From NCBI GenBank assembly GCA_002269645.1, contig NIVC01004127.1, positions 1-58,892 on the forward strand: a DNA stretch of 58,892 nucleotides. The letters are read 5' to 3'. The notes under the pieces were generated by a model. The model had not been told where the DNA came from. It did no database searches and saw nothing but the letters and a program-made list of their open reading frames with translations. Shown one piece after another: positions 27,431-39,763 of the stretch. The translations under genes were made by a program, and so were the position numbers. This stretch comes from Macrostomum lignano. Lineage: Eukaryota. The first letter of the stretch is position 1. Every line of letters starts with the position of its first letter.

Positions 27431-28590
27431 ATCTTACTTATGGAGTACAACAATTGATAATAAGAGTTCAAAGCTATACTCGCAAATAGGCTTCACTCAG
27501 CTGTAAAAATGAATTTATTCAATCTTTTGTTGCTTATCCGTGTGGAAATTTTCAATCGCGTGGCCCTTGTTTTAGATTTGATGTGATTTTTTAGTACATG
27601 CAGCAAACCTTTTCTGGAGCTCACATGAAGCTTAATAAATCCATTTACCATCGTCCGATTGAAATTAACACTATTTATTGAGCTGAAGTGCTTGTTGTGC
27701 CTCGTAAATCAAATACTCGTAAAACATGATTGAAGTTTCGAATCTTAGGCTTTTGAATAATATACGTTCTACTTTCACTCGGCTACTTAAATATTTGTCA
27801 AGACAATTAAGACTGGCACATGTCGATGTCGCCGAAGACAAACATCTATACGAGTAATTTTGAAATATGTTTGAAACTTCTTAATATCTGCAATTTCAAG
27901 TTTTCGATCGCTCTGTGAAAAACTGAAACGTGACTTTTAGCCCCAAACTTCGAGGTGCGAAGTGAACGGTAAAGGCCTTTGTTCCTCAAAATATAGCTTT
28001 TGTTGTTGATTTGAAAAGCGCCTCTCAGCTTTTAGCACAAACTATAACAAAGACTTCTAGTGGGCCAAAGAAGATGCATAAAGACCACCCATGCAGGCCC
28101 AGTAACAAGAAATCCATTCATTCAAAGATTTTAACACTTCACCACCTCCTATATTTATTATCGCTATGAGAGAGAGAATTTGGAAACTTCAGTGTCCCCT
28201 CCCTGTTGAAGTCGGAATCTTTTTAGAAAAACAAATCTCTCCAAAATTGGCAGCACCGATTCTGTCTACAGGAGTTGAATGGAGAAATTTAAACAAAATC
28301 AGTCTTGTGTCATCGGCAGCAGACAAACACAAGTCTGAATTTTCAATCTGAACAACAGATAAACAGAAGCTGGTGGGAAACACTTCTTCAATCGATATTT
28401 TACGAAACGAATTCATTTTAAAGCTGATAATAAATTCAGCGATGTGAAGTATCTAAGGTGTTGTGAAAGGAAGCATCCACTTTTTTAATTTTACAAGTGA
28501 ATCAACTTTAACAGGAGAGACCAATTTTACGGATTCCAGTTCAACAAGCACTCACTGCGAGCTTTGGCATCAAAGCCGATCCTTTTAAGC

Positions 28591-29193
28591 CACGGGTTGG
28601 CAAACTTTCTACCAGAAGAAAGGGAGAGAGGAGAGGGAATAGAGAAGAGAAATAGGAGAAAGGGGAGACTAATGAATGAAGGAGAAGAGAGGAAAGAAGA
28701 GACGAGAGGAGAGAGGAGGGGGGGGGGAGAAGAGAGAGGAAAAGGGAGAGGAAAGGAGAGAGAGGAGGGAAAGGAGAGGAAAGGAGAGAGAGGAGGGAAA
28801 GGAGAGGAAAGGAGAGAGAGGAGGGAAAGGAGAGGAAAGGAGAGAGAGGAGGGAAAGGAGAGGAAAGGAGAGAGAGGAGGGAAAGGAGAGGAAAGGAGAG
28901 AGAGGAGGGAAAGGAGAGGAAAGGAGAGAGAGGAGGGAAAGGAGAGGAAAGGAGAGAGAGGAGGGAAAGGAGAGGAAAGGAGAGAGAGGAGGGAAAGGAG
29001 AGGAAAGGAGAGAGAGGAGGGAAAGGAGAGGAAAGGAGAGAGAGGAGGGAAAGGAGAGGAAAGGAGAGAGAGGAGGGAAAGGAGAGGAAAGGAAGACACA
29101 AACCTTGAGCAGGCCCGGATTGCTATTGTGAAGCTTTAAAGGACCTGAGGTCCGGATAGAGAGGCTTCGCGGGCCGTAGTTCGCCGACCCCTG
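28591..29193 (+). mobile_element. Non-autonomous hAT-like element carrying a 28-bp purine-only satellite
   Basis: Ends CACGGGTTGGCAAACT and AGTTCGCCGACCCCTG resemble CAGGGGTCGGCAAAC-type hAT TIRs. TTTTAAGC occurs on both flanks, offset by 2 bp on the right. The interior is (GGAGAGAGAGGAGGGAAAGGAGAGGAAA)n. Confidence 0.75.
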
Positions 29194-30323
29194 ATTTTTA
29201 AGCCTTGGCTTAACCCCAACTTTTACTCTCTACTTCTTGCAGATGCCACTGATGCCTACTAACAAGTCCCTTGGCATCCAAGCAACCCACCCCCATGAGC
29301 CACGGCATTTCAGCGATTCTCCCAAATGAGCCTTGAAAGTTGTCTGAAAATGGTCGCGATTAGCTCCCAAGCTCCGATTCTAAGAAACAGAGGAAGTCCA
29401 CAATAACTGCAGCCGAACACGCGACTAGACATTGTTGCAGTCCAGTTGGTCACGTGACATAAAAAGGAACCAAAACTAAGCCCCCTTCGCACGCGCGCCT
29501 ATTGTTTTAAATCAACGTTTATAATAAAAAAACGCGTTACTGCTCTTGCATTTGACAAAGAAAACCCTGAACTGGAGAAGGAATTAATCCATCTATCCAT
29601 CCTTTGCATTGAGTCACTTCAAGCGTTCTCAAACTCAAAGCAGACTGATAATGATCATGCTTGGAGGACACGTGTCATAATCCTATCAAATGGTGCGCTT
29701 TTTTTGTATTTGAATTGACAGAATTTAGAACAGCTGTGCAGCAAACCTTGGCAATCTGATTCTTTTCTGAGATGTCTGCCTGTAATAGTTTCCCTAAACT
29801 TCTATAGAAACATTTTTTCAGACTTTTCTTCTTTAAAATTGATTACTCGCGCAATGATAGAGACTTTTTGAGTTGTTTTTGGGGAATGGCACGACAAAAC
29901 TATTTTATTCTTCAAACAGCAAACCACATAAATGAATGGGCCGGTTTTTGTACAACCAACTACATTATGCTATAATTGAGAAACGTGAAATTGAAATCAG
30001 CGCTTCTATACTCACTAAGAAATAACATCAAGAGTTTAAATCTGTTAGAAAACAACAATAGGACTCATCAACACTGTGACCAGTTAGCAAATTATAAAGT
30101 ATACATTATACTCCACAGCACAAAATGTAGTTAAATTGTAATAATCGATATCAATTATTGATAAAACCTAAGCAGTAAGGACAAGATAAATAGGCTTGAA
30201 TAAACTTGGATAAATTTGGCTGAAAAAATACAAATTGCGCGACACAAGCTGTGACTGCACGTTTCAATGCTTCATTAATTATTACTTCTTGAAGATACGA
30301 GTGTCACCCCTAGGTCATGAGGC

Positions 30324-30632
30324 TGGGGGGGGGGTTGCAGCCTAGTGGTCAGACTCACAACTTGAAGGTCGGGGGTTCGATTCCTGATCCTACTCGGGGG
30401 GGAACAATTTGTGTCATTGAGCAAGACACTTAACTCTGCATTGCTTCAGTTCACCCAGCTGTCAAATGGGTGCCAGCATTAGCTGGGGTAATTGAAGGGT
30501 GTGTGGCGACCCCCCAGTCCTTGGACTGAACAGCCGTAGGCAGCCTTCAGATGTGCCGGGCAATAGCTGCGGCTGAGCTGTCGGTTGCACACCTGGCCAT
30601 TAGGGCAGGTGTAATCAAACATTATTATTATT
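30324..30632 (+). mobile_element. tRNA-derived SINE with a CORE-like central domain
   Basis: A-box-like GCAGCCTAGTGG and B box GGTTCGATTCC. The central TGTGTCATTGAGCAAGACACTTAACTCTGCATTGCTTCAGTTCACCCAGCTGTCAAATGGG resembles the MIR/CORE consensus. (ATT)n tail and TSD ATGAGGC at 30317-30323 and 30633-30639. Confidence 0.85.
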
Positions 30633-31299
30633 ATGAGGCATTTCACGAGGCTGCACACTCATCCTATTTTAAATAACATTTTATGTAAAGCAGTAATATA
30701 AATTTAGAAAACATTATTAAGACTTCAGGGTGTTAAAAAATAAACTTGATAAAAAATAGAACATAAAAAAGTTATTGGAACACAATTTTGCTCAGTTATT
30801 ACTGTTTATACTAATACACAGCAGTATAGCAGATTATCAAAATAAAATGAACACCTGCAGATGCGAGCAGCAACTCAAACATCGCAATTAATGACAACTA
30901 TGAAAACGATGCATTTTTATGGTTTCTAAAAGCTGATAAGCATTTAAAACGGAATTTTTGTAAAATCAGACAGCAAAACAATTGTGTATGTTGTGTACCA
31001 TTTAGTATGGACGAAGGGTAGAGCCAGAAAATACATAGGTGCTGTACTGCCTACTTAGAAACAGTAGTGTTGTAAGCTTTTTTTCCTGACAATTCTCCTT
31101 GAAAGTATCTCACTTCAGTCATACTAATTTTCTTGACTCTGATCCCAAGTATGCACACGCTCACAACGAAGATTTAAATCCTACCCCCTTCGACTTTATC
31201 ATCGTTACGGCTCGTAGTGTACACTCTTTGTGCTTTAATCATAATTTTTTCGCTGTACATTTAGAGACGTCAAAGTCAGGGACGGATCAAACTCAGCCT

Positions 31300-31750
31300 A
31301 GGGAGCAGGCCCAGCCTAGCTCAGCCAATGAGAGAGCAGTAAGGAGAGAGGGTCAAAGTCAGACGGACGAAACCCAGCCTAGGGTGCAGGCCCAATCTGG
31401 CTCAGCCAATGAGAGAGCAGTAAGGAGAGAGGGTCAAAGTCAGACGGACGAAACCCAGCCTAGGGTGCAGGCCCAATCTGGCTCAGCCAATGAGAGAGCA
31501 GTAAGGAGAGAGGGTCAAAGTCAGACGGACGAAACCCAGCCTAGGGTGCAGGCCCAATCTGGCTCAGCCAATGAGAGAGCAGTAAGGAGAGAGGGTCAAA
31601 GTCAGACGGACGAAACCCAGCCTAGGGTGCAGGCCCAATCTGGCTCAGCCAATGAGAGAGCAGTAAGGAGAGAGGGTCAAAGTCAGACGGACGAAACCCA
31701 GCCTAGGGTGCAGGCCCAATCTGGCTCAGCCAATGAGAGAGCAGTAAGAA
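31300..31750. repeat. 81-bp tandem repeat, about 5.5 near-identical copies
   Basis: TCAGCCAATGAGAGAGC recurs at 81-bp spacing (31321, 31402, ...). Confidence 0.92.
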
Positions 31751-31902
31751 GAGACAAAGGTCAGCGGAATGGGAATGACACCGTGTTTTGCCTCTTCGCT
31801 GGCAGCGGGTGGACAGCCGCATTGATTCGCGGCAGCGCCCACAGCCCCCATCCAGCGAATTGAAACAAATTGACAAAAGGTACACAATAGAAAAAAGGCT
31901 AT

Positions 31903-32691
31903 TCAAGGCCATCTAACAGCCAGTAAGCCTCGCCAAGGTGTCCAATCCCACAGCCAGAAGGCCAACAGGCCCAACAGTGCAAAGCTGCACAGAGCGAAAA
32001 TGCCTCTAGCAATGTGACGATTCTCACGCTGCATAGACGTCGATCTATTATTAAACCCTGTGGATTGACTACTGTGAGTAGCATTCTGAATATTATTATT
32101 ATTATTATTATGATTCCGTCGACGAAATGTCAATCTTTGAAACACGTTGGAACCGGTGCCGCTCTGCTGCTGCTCTTCACTGCCAACTGAATTAGCAAAC
32201 CTGACCCGATAACCACTGCTGGACATTGCTGGCAAAGTAGATCCCGTACTTCTCAATATGGATGTTGGACAGCCTTCGGCTAATCGACTGTCGATAGCTC
32301 GGATCAGCTGATCGGCGCAAGCTACCTCGGCGTTATAGTACATCTTCTCGGCGTGTAGGAACTCTTTAGCCGCTTGTAGATCGCCAGATTCAAACAGAAT
32401 TTCGGCGGACAGGCGCATCGCTCGAGGAGTTGCTAAGGCTAAACGGCTGTGCTGGTGTTGCTGGTGGCTGTGACTCTGGTTCCCTGCATCATCAAGTAGG
32501 CTGGCTAGGAGACTCAGCGCTGCCTCCGGCTGGCCAGCAGCTCGAAGCGCCGCGGCTTGGCTAAGTCGATCTGAATCGTCGACTGAGTCAGCGGGTGCGG
32601 CGGAGGCTGCGGCAGCGGTGACAGTGGGGGACAATGATGATGAAGGAGGCTGGGGAGGCTGTGTTGTCGAGCCAGTTTGGGCCGAGTTCAT
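31903..32691 (-). CDS. Consortin-like protein: helical N-terminal domain, RVxF motif, C-terminal transmembrane helix (262 aa, single coding exon)
   Basis: Long non-repetitive ORF. AEILFESGDLQAAKEFLHAEKMYY resembles, from memory, the conserved consortin segment AESYFQEEDYEKAMKFIQLERLYH. It has an RVRF PP1-docking motif and a C-terminal hydrophobic helix GIFALCSFALLGLLAFWLW. The family call is recognition, not a search result. Confidence 0.65.
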   Translation of the reverse strand: MNSAQTGSTTQPPQPPSSSLSPTVTAAAASAAPADSVDDSDRLSQAAALRAAGQPEAALSLLASLLDDAGNQSHSHQQHQHSRLALATPRAMRLSAEILFESGDLQAAKEFLHAEKMYYNAEVACADQLIRAIDSRLAEGCPTSILRSTGSTLPAMSSSGYRVRFANSVGSEEQQQSGTGSNVFQRLTFRRRNHNNNNNNIQNATHSSQSTGFNNRSTSMQRENRHIARGIFALCSFALLGLLAFWLWDWTPWRGLLAVRWP

Positions 32692-32714
32692 GCCAGGAAT
32701 GTTTGAGTTGGTGC

Positions 32715-33640
32715 TGAGCGTCAGGTTGTGAGTCAGTGCTGACAGTAAAGTGTCAGATTTTGGGTCAGTGCTGGCAGTAAAGTGTCAGGTTGTGAGTCAG
32801 TGCTGACAGTAAAGTGTCAGATTGTGGGTCAGTGCTGACAGTAAAGTGTCAGATTGTGGGTCAGTGCTGACAGTAAAGTGTCAGGTTGTGGGTCAGTGCT
32901 GGCAGTAAAGTGTCAGGTTGTGAGTCAGTGCTGGCAGTAAAGTGTCAGGTTGTGAGTCAGTGCTGGCAGTAAAGTGTCAGGTTGTGAGTCAGTGCTGACA
33001 GTAAAGTGTCAGATTGTGGGTCAGTGCTGGCAGTAAAGTGTCAGGTTGTGAGTCTGTGCTGGCAGTAAAGTGTCAGGTTGTGGGTCAGTGCTGGCAGTAA
33101 AGTGTCAGATTGTGGGTCAGTGCTGGCAGTAAAGTGTCAGATTGTGGGTCAGTGCTGGCAGTAAAGTGTCAGATTGTGGGTCAGTGCTGACAGAAAAGTG
33201 TCAGATTGTGGGTCAGTGCTGGCAGTAAAGTGTCAGGTTGTGAGTCAGTGCTGGCAGTAAAGTGTCAGATTGTGGGTCAGTGCTGGCAGTAAAGTGTCAG
33301 ATTGTGGGTCAGTGCTGGCAGTAAAGGTGTCAGGTTGTGAGTCAGTGCTGGCAGTAAAGTGTCAGGTTGTGAGTCAGTGCTGGCAGTAAAGTGTCAGGTT
33401 GTGAGTCAGTGCTGGCAGTAAAGTGTCAGGTTGTGAGTCAGTGCTGGCAGTAAAGTGTCAGGTTGTGAGTCAGTGCTGGCAGTAAAGTGTCAGGTTGTGA
33501 GTCAGTGCTGACAGTAAAGTGTCAGGTTGTGAGTCAGTGCTGACAGTAAAGTGTCAGGTTGTGGGTCAGTGCTGGCAGAAAAGTGTCAAACTGAGTCAGT
33601 GCTGACATAAAAGTGTCAGGGTATGGGTCAGCGCTAACTG
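32715..33640. repeat. 32-bp minisatellite (GTCAGTGCTGGCAGTAAAGTGTCAGGTTGTGA)
   Basis: About 29 tandem copies immediately upstream of the consortin-like ATG. Confidence 0.95.
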
Positions 33641-34066
33641 ACAGATGGGTGTGAGTGTGAAGTTTAATAATGGCCTATAATATTAAAAAGTAAATATTTA
33701 TAATTTATATAAAAATACAAAAATCATCTCAAGGCTTGTATTTCAATCAAATAAGAGTACATCGGTAGGCATTTAATACAAATCCAACGAAAATAAAATC
33801 TATAACGAGTGACGTCCTGAAAATATGCGATTATTTAAATATTGAATATGATCCATAATATTACAAACGATCGGATGCTTGTACAAATTTATGCAAATAA
33901 TTGCACCTTTGATTTCAACTTCAACTGACGCGAGAATAAATCTGTGAAATTCAAATCTGCGCGAGAGAGAAATATTATGCAGCGCAGCAAAAATAGCGAA
34001 ACTATATCTTTAAATAATGAATTTTTATGAGTACTTATAGCTCGCATAATTAAGATATCTATAATC

Positions 34067-34265
34067 CTCACTGATAAGATCTGAGTGGGGTTGCAGGCTC
34101 ACTGATAAGATCTGAGTGGGGTTGCAGGCTCACTGATAAGATCTGAGTGGGGTTGCAGGCTCACTGATAAGATCTGAGTGGAGTGCAGGCTCACTGATAA
34201 GATCTGAGTGGAGTGCAGGCTCACTGATAAGATCTGAGTGGAGTGCAGGCTCACTGATAAGATCT
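34067..34265. repeat. 30-31-bp minisatellite (CTCACTGATAAGATCTGAGTGGGGTTGCAGG)
   Basis: 6-7 tandem copies. Confidence 0.9.
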
Positions 34266-34380
34266 ACAAATCAAAGATAAGCTTGAGAACAATTAATGAT
34301 CAAAGAAAAAGCATACGGTAAAATCTAAACCAACAAGTCCGCAATAGAAAGCACCAAAGAGTTGACATATTAACATGTCT

Positions 34381-34994
34381 TCAAGCCTGCTCATCCGGCC
34401 TAGAGCCAACCTGAGCATGCCCGATAGAAGCAGCAGCCTCGCTAATAGAATCTGCCGCAGCTTTAGCCGCATCTAATTGACGTTTCTCAGCCTCTTGACG
34501 CTTATAATCTGTGTTAAACATTAGCGTGTAGAGAATGGCCAACACTGCAGCCATACCAGCGAACACTAGACAGGCCAGGCTGTAGTCCATAGGAGGCGGT
34601 ACAGCACATGCTGTCAGCTCTGTCGTGGCTGTAGGAGTTGCCAACACCTGGCCAGCGACCATGAGCACCACGGAGGCCAACTGACCAGCTAGCACAAGAA
34701 GGCCAGTGCTCACCGCCTCTCCAACAGGATGAGTAGCTTCCACGCCCAGTTCCAATGCTATCGGATAGAATGCGAAACCGAATGCGCCAAATGCCGCAAT
34801 CGAGGAGACTACGGCAGCGTGAGAATTTGGCCGGCCAATCAAGGCGGCGAATGCGGCTGACGTGGCCGCGGCCAAGCTGAAGGATACCTGAGAGTGGGGT
34901 TGGGGTGGGCCAAGGAATTACAACCCAGAAATCCCACTAATTGCAGAATGTCGAAAATTTCACCAATCACGGCTATCAACCATCTATCTGTCTG

Positions 34995-35044
<50 letters not shown>

Positions 35045-35138
35045 ATCTATCTATCTATCTGTCTATATATTTATGTATCTACCTATCTATCTATCTATCT
35101 GTCCATCTATCTATCTATCTATCTATCTATCTAATCTA

Positions 35139-35170
<32 letters not shown>

Positions 35171-35240
35171 GTCTATCTATCTATCTATCTACCTATCTAT
35201 CTATCTATCTGTCTATATATTTATCTATCTACCTATCTAT

Positions 35241-35308
<68 letters not shown>

Positions 35309-35400
35309 TTACCTATCTATCTACCTATCTATCTGTCTATATATTTATCTATCTACCTACCTATCTATCTATCTATCTATCTATCTATCTGTCTATCTAT

Positions 35401-35450
<50 letters not shown>

Positions 35451-35451
35451 G

Positions 35452-35496
<45 letters not shown>

Positions 35497-38469
35497 TTGT
35501 CTATCTATCTGTCTATCTATCTATCTTCAGTCGTCTCACCTTAGACAGTGTTATAAATCTCTTCGTATAGTCTGCAACAGCTCCGGCCACCCCGGCCCCA
35601 ACCAGTCCAGCACCAATCAGCACAGCGCCGCAGATGCCAGCAAACTGATCTGAGTAACCATACGGACACAGAATCTGCTCCAGCAGGGCTGACAATGCCG
35701 TGAACAGGCCCATTCCAGCGCCTACGGCTAGCAACAGTAATCCGAAAGCTCGATTAGTTAAACAGGCACGAATACTCGACCAGAATGTGAGATGCTGAGC
35801 AGCAGCAGATTGATGCAGCTCAGATCCAGCAACACCTGGCGCAGGCGCTTGTCTAGTAAAAATTGACGTAACAACAGAGAACAGCAAAGCAGCTGCCGCA
35901 GCCATAAAGTACACTAAACTGACTAACGGCAGGTCAGTTTTCGATTTCACTAGCAGAGGCGATAGGATATTAGTGAGCAGAATTCCCAATGGATTGGACA
36001 TGCTGCCCAGTGTGTTAGCAGTAGCCCGCTGGCTGACAGGAAATTCTGACGCAACAGCAGTTGGAGAAAACATGAAGAATGGCTGAGCTATGGCAGCTGT
36101 AATTTGGCCAGCCAATGCCAGAGAGAATGATGGTTGAGCTAGTATGGCGCTAGCGTACCGCATGGCGCCACCAGATGCACTGAAAATGGCGCCAATTAGA
36201 AGACCGGTGCGAACGCCAAGTCTGTGTTGTGGGGAAGATTATGGAGAGTTAGCTTCTGTTAATAGCAATTCCAGTGTCAGTCATAAAAATAATTTTCAAT
36301 AAAATGTACACAGGCATCAAATAGGAATTATTTGGATAGTTATGTGCTCAAGGGGATTTCTTACAGATAGTCATGAGCTCAAGGGGAATCATTTGGATAG
36401 TCATGTGCTCAAGGGGAATCATTTGGATAGTCATGTGCTCAAGTGGAATCATTTGGATAGTCATGTGCTCAAGGGGAATCATTTGGATAGTCATGTGCTC
36501 AAGGGGAATTATTTGGATAGTCATGTGCTCAAAGGGAATCATTTGGATAGTCATGTGCTCAAGGGGAATCATTTGGATAGTCATGTGCTCAAGTGGAATC
36601 ATTTGGATAGTCATGTGCTCAAGGGGAATTATTTGGATAGTCATGTGCTCAAAGGGAATCATTTGGATAGTCATGTGCTCAAGGGGAATCATTTGGATAG
36701 TCATGTGCTCAAGTGGAATCATTTGGATAGTCATGTGCTCAAGGGGAATCATTTGGATAGTCATGTGCTCAAGGGGAATTATTTGGATAGTCATGTGCTC
36801 AAGGGGATTTCTTACAGATAGTCATGTGCTCAAGGGGAATCATTTGGATAGTCATGTGCTCAAGTGGAATCATTTGGATAGTCATGTGCTCAAGGGGAAT
36901 CATTTGGATAGTCATGTGCTCAAGGGGAATCATTTGGAAAGTCATGTGCTCAAGGGGAATTATTTGGATAGTCATGTGCTCAAGGGGATTTCTTACAGAT
37001 AGTCATGTGCTCAAGGGGAATCATTTGGATAGTCATGTGATCAAGTGGAATCATTTGGATAGTCATGTGATCAAGGGGAATCATTTGGATAGTCATGTGC
37101 TCAAGTGGAATCATTTGGATAGTCATGTGCTCAAGGGGAATCATTTGGATAGTCATGTGCTCAAGTGGAATTATTTGGATAGTCATGTGCTCAAGTGGAA
37201 TTATTTGGATAGTCATGTGCTCAAGGGGAATTATTTGGATAGTCATGTGCTTAAGGGGAATCATTTGGATAGTCATGTGCTCAAGGGGAATTATTTGGAT
37301 AGTCATGTGCTCAAGTGGAATCATTTGGATAGTCATGTGCTCAAGGGGAATTATTTGGATAGTCATGTGCTCAAGGGGAATTATTTGGATAGTCATGTGC
37401 TCAAAGGGAATCATTTGGATAGTCATATGCTCAAAGGGAATCATTTGGATAGTCATGTGCTCAAGGGGAATCATTTGGATAGTCATGTGCTCTAGGGGAA
37501 TTATCGAGATGGTAGTGTTCTTGAGGGGAATTATCATGAAAGCAAATTGCTCCTCAAGCAGTGGTGTGATTGGAAAGTTTGCCCAATTTCGCGCCGACTG
37601 AAAATTTTCGCGCCATGCCAATGATATTCTACTGACAGCCAAATAAGTCAATTGATGACACTTTTGAGGATGCGTCTGGCTACCAATTAGCATGTCTCTC
37701 AAGTCCCAGCCGTGTCCCGCCTGAACTTCTTGTTGGCGATGTTGGGTGGAATCTTTGAATCTGGGCAAATGGCCATCAGATCCTCGGCAAGGTCCTCTTC
37801 TGACTCGAAGCTGCGATTCTTCAGTGCAATCCTGACAACACACACATCTGATCTCTGCCGCCCTTGCAGACGTAGCAGCCACATCTTCATTGTCACTTTG
37901 CTTCTTTGCGACCACGAAATTCTCCACGAATCTCGAAATTCTCGAGATTAATCTCCTAAGCTATGACATTCTTGTATTTCATACTGTCTGACAAGAGAAT
38001 AAGTGTAAAAAGCAGAAAATAAGAATGCAATTTTCGCGCCCATGGTTCCACAAAATTTCGCGCCAGACCCCCAGGATTCGCGCATTCGCGCCATTTTCGC
38101 GCCTGGCGCGAATTCGCGCCTGAATCACACCACTGTCCTCAAGGGTATTAGTCAAATAGACAATAAATAAATGATAAATTTTGTAAGTATTTACCTATCC
38201 AGACAATATGCAGTTGGCAAGCCAAAAACCAGTGAAGCAAGAGGATAGACAAGAGCCAGCCAGTTAACACCATTAGCAGTTACATTATAGAACAACTGAG
38301 TATAGTCAGCAATGGCTGAATAAGTTATCCATAGGGCAGCATTGGATACATTCAGCAAACCCAATGTTAACACTAAGAACCAGCGATTGAAAAGTGTTTT
38401 AATTGTAGCAGTATTGTTTGAGTCATTGCTGCTATGAACTAGATATACTGTTCCACTGTTGCTCTCCAT
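34381..38469 (-). CDS. SLC49A3: MFS transporter, SLC49A3/MFSD7 (FLVCR family); coding exons 38469-38195, 36221-35540, 34887-34381 (about 487 aa)
   Basis: RWFLVLTLGLLNVSNAALWITYSAIAD...NWLALVY, AQPFFMFSP...FPVSQRATANTLGSMSNPLGILLTNILSPLLVK, ALLEQILCPYGYS, LELGVEATHPVGEAVSTG. Splice phases (AG|A, then phase 0) give one open frame. Confidence 0.88.
34980..35525. repeat. (ATCT)n microsatellite in MFS intron 2
   Basis: Direct reading. The IYLS/YLSI ORFs are artefacts. Confidence 0.98.
36325..37535. repeat. 30-bp minisatellite (ATTTGGATAGTCATGTGCTCAAGGGGAATC) in MFS intron 1
   Basis: About 40 tandem copies. Confidence 0.97.
37559..38135. mobile_element. Non-autonomous hAT element (577 bp)
   Basis: TIR CAGTGGTGTGATT / AATCACACCACTG with a perfect 8-bp TSD TCCTCAAG (37551-37558 and 38136-38143). 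TTTTCGCGCC subterminal repeats. Confidence 0.93.
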
Positions 38470-39763
38470 GCTTACTGACTGTGCTGCATAAAAAATAAAA
38501 TTTTTATTATAAATTAAAAATTGATAAATAAAAATTTGAGTCTTTATGAAAATATAATTATTATTAAAAAGAAAATTTTTATTAAGTTCACTTATGAACA
38601 AAGTTTTTTTAATCTTTTTATTGGTTATATATAATAAAGTTTTGCTATAACCAAAATTTTACAAGTGTATATTATATATCTATTTCTTAAGAGTTTGAAA
38701 TCTCTAAGTATGTATTCTTTACAAAATTAAAAATGTTTTCCATTTTTGAACAAGTAGCAGCTGCTAATGTAATGAATCTATGGTGTTTGCCAAAAAATTT
38801 CAAACTTAGAATTAGACACATAGCTAATGTTCTTAAAGCTTTTAGATTGGCTAAAAGTCACTTGCTAAACCTCTCTTATTGGTTGCTATACTCAAATATT
38901 CTTTTGTCTTCTAACTCAATCTTTTCTCTAAATTAAGCACTAAATACAAGCCTATAAGCCTATAAATTCCCAAAAACTATCCAAGAAAAGAAATGCATTT
39001 TTAAGAAAAATATTTATCTCTAATTTATAATAGATATCCATACTATTATCAAAACAATATTTCCATATTTTCTTTTTGCAGCATCAGGAAAGTAGATTAG
39101 AGATTCATCCATGGCCTAATGCAACATCATTAAGATTAAAAGCACAACACTAACTTCACAAAGTACTAATTCATAGTAATAGTGGTACTCCAATTGACTG
39201 ACAGCATCTTGATAATCTTGTGAATTTCTAAAGTCTATAAACTGTAACACTATGCGTTTCGTAAAACTTAGTCTGTGCTTTTAGCAGAAGCTCGTCAAAA
39301 AGGACAAGATTTTCTGAAATTGGTGTTTACATTTGAATTGTGAAATATTCTGCTTTCTAACATTTAGCTTTTAGACATTATTTTTGTTTGGCACTTTACG
39401 AATTACGCGTTTTATTGGTGATAAAATTTGTACTAGTGATTGATAAGGGACCACTAGATAGAAGGATCGTCTATAAAATTTCTGATGAAGTACAAACTAA
39501 ATTACCGCTGCAGCATACAAATACAGATAAGAAACAAGTGCAAATACAAATGCATGTTTATAGTTTATTATATAATAAGAAACAGTTTTTAATAATGAAT
39601 GTTGAATACATAGTTCTATTTTTATACTTTAAAGTCTTCTTTGTTATGTTTTTATTGTTCTTTAAAAAGCAAAAATTTATATGTTTTTTTCTAAGATTTC
39701 TTTAGAATTCGAACTTGGGCGAATATGTGGCGCAACAATAAACAACTATGCTAGTCAGTAAAA

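Noticed and set aside
30335-30400. tRNA gene
   Set aside because: A and B boxes are present but no convincing cloverleaf. It continues into a SINE body with a tail and TSD.
24268-37535. Regular 30-32-bp repeats as possible CRISPR arrays
   Set aside because: The units are directly adjacent with no unique spacers, there are no cas genes, and the context is eukaryotic introns.
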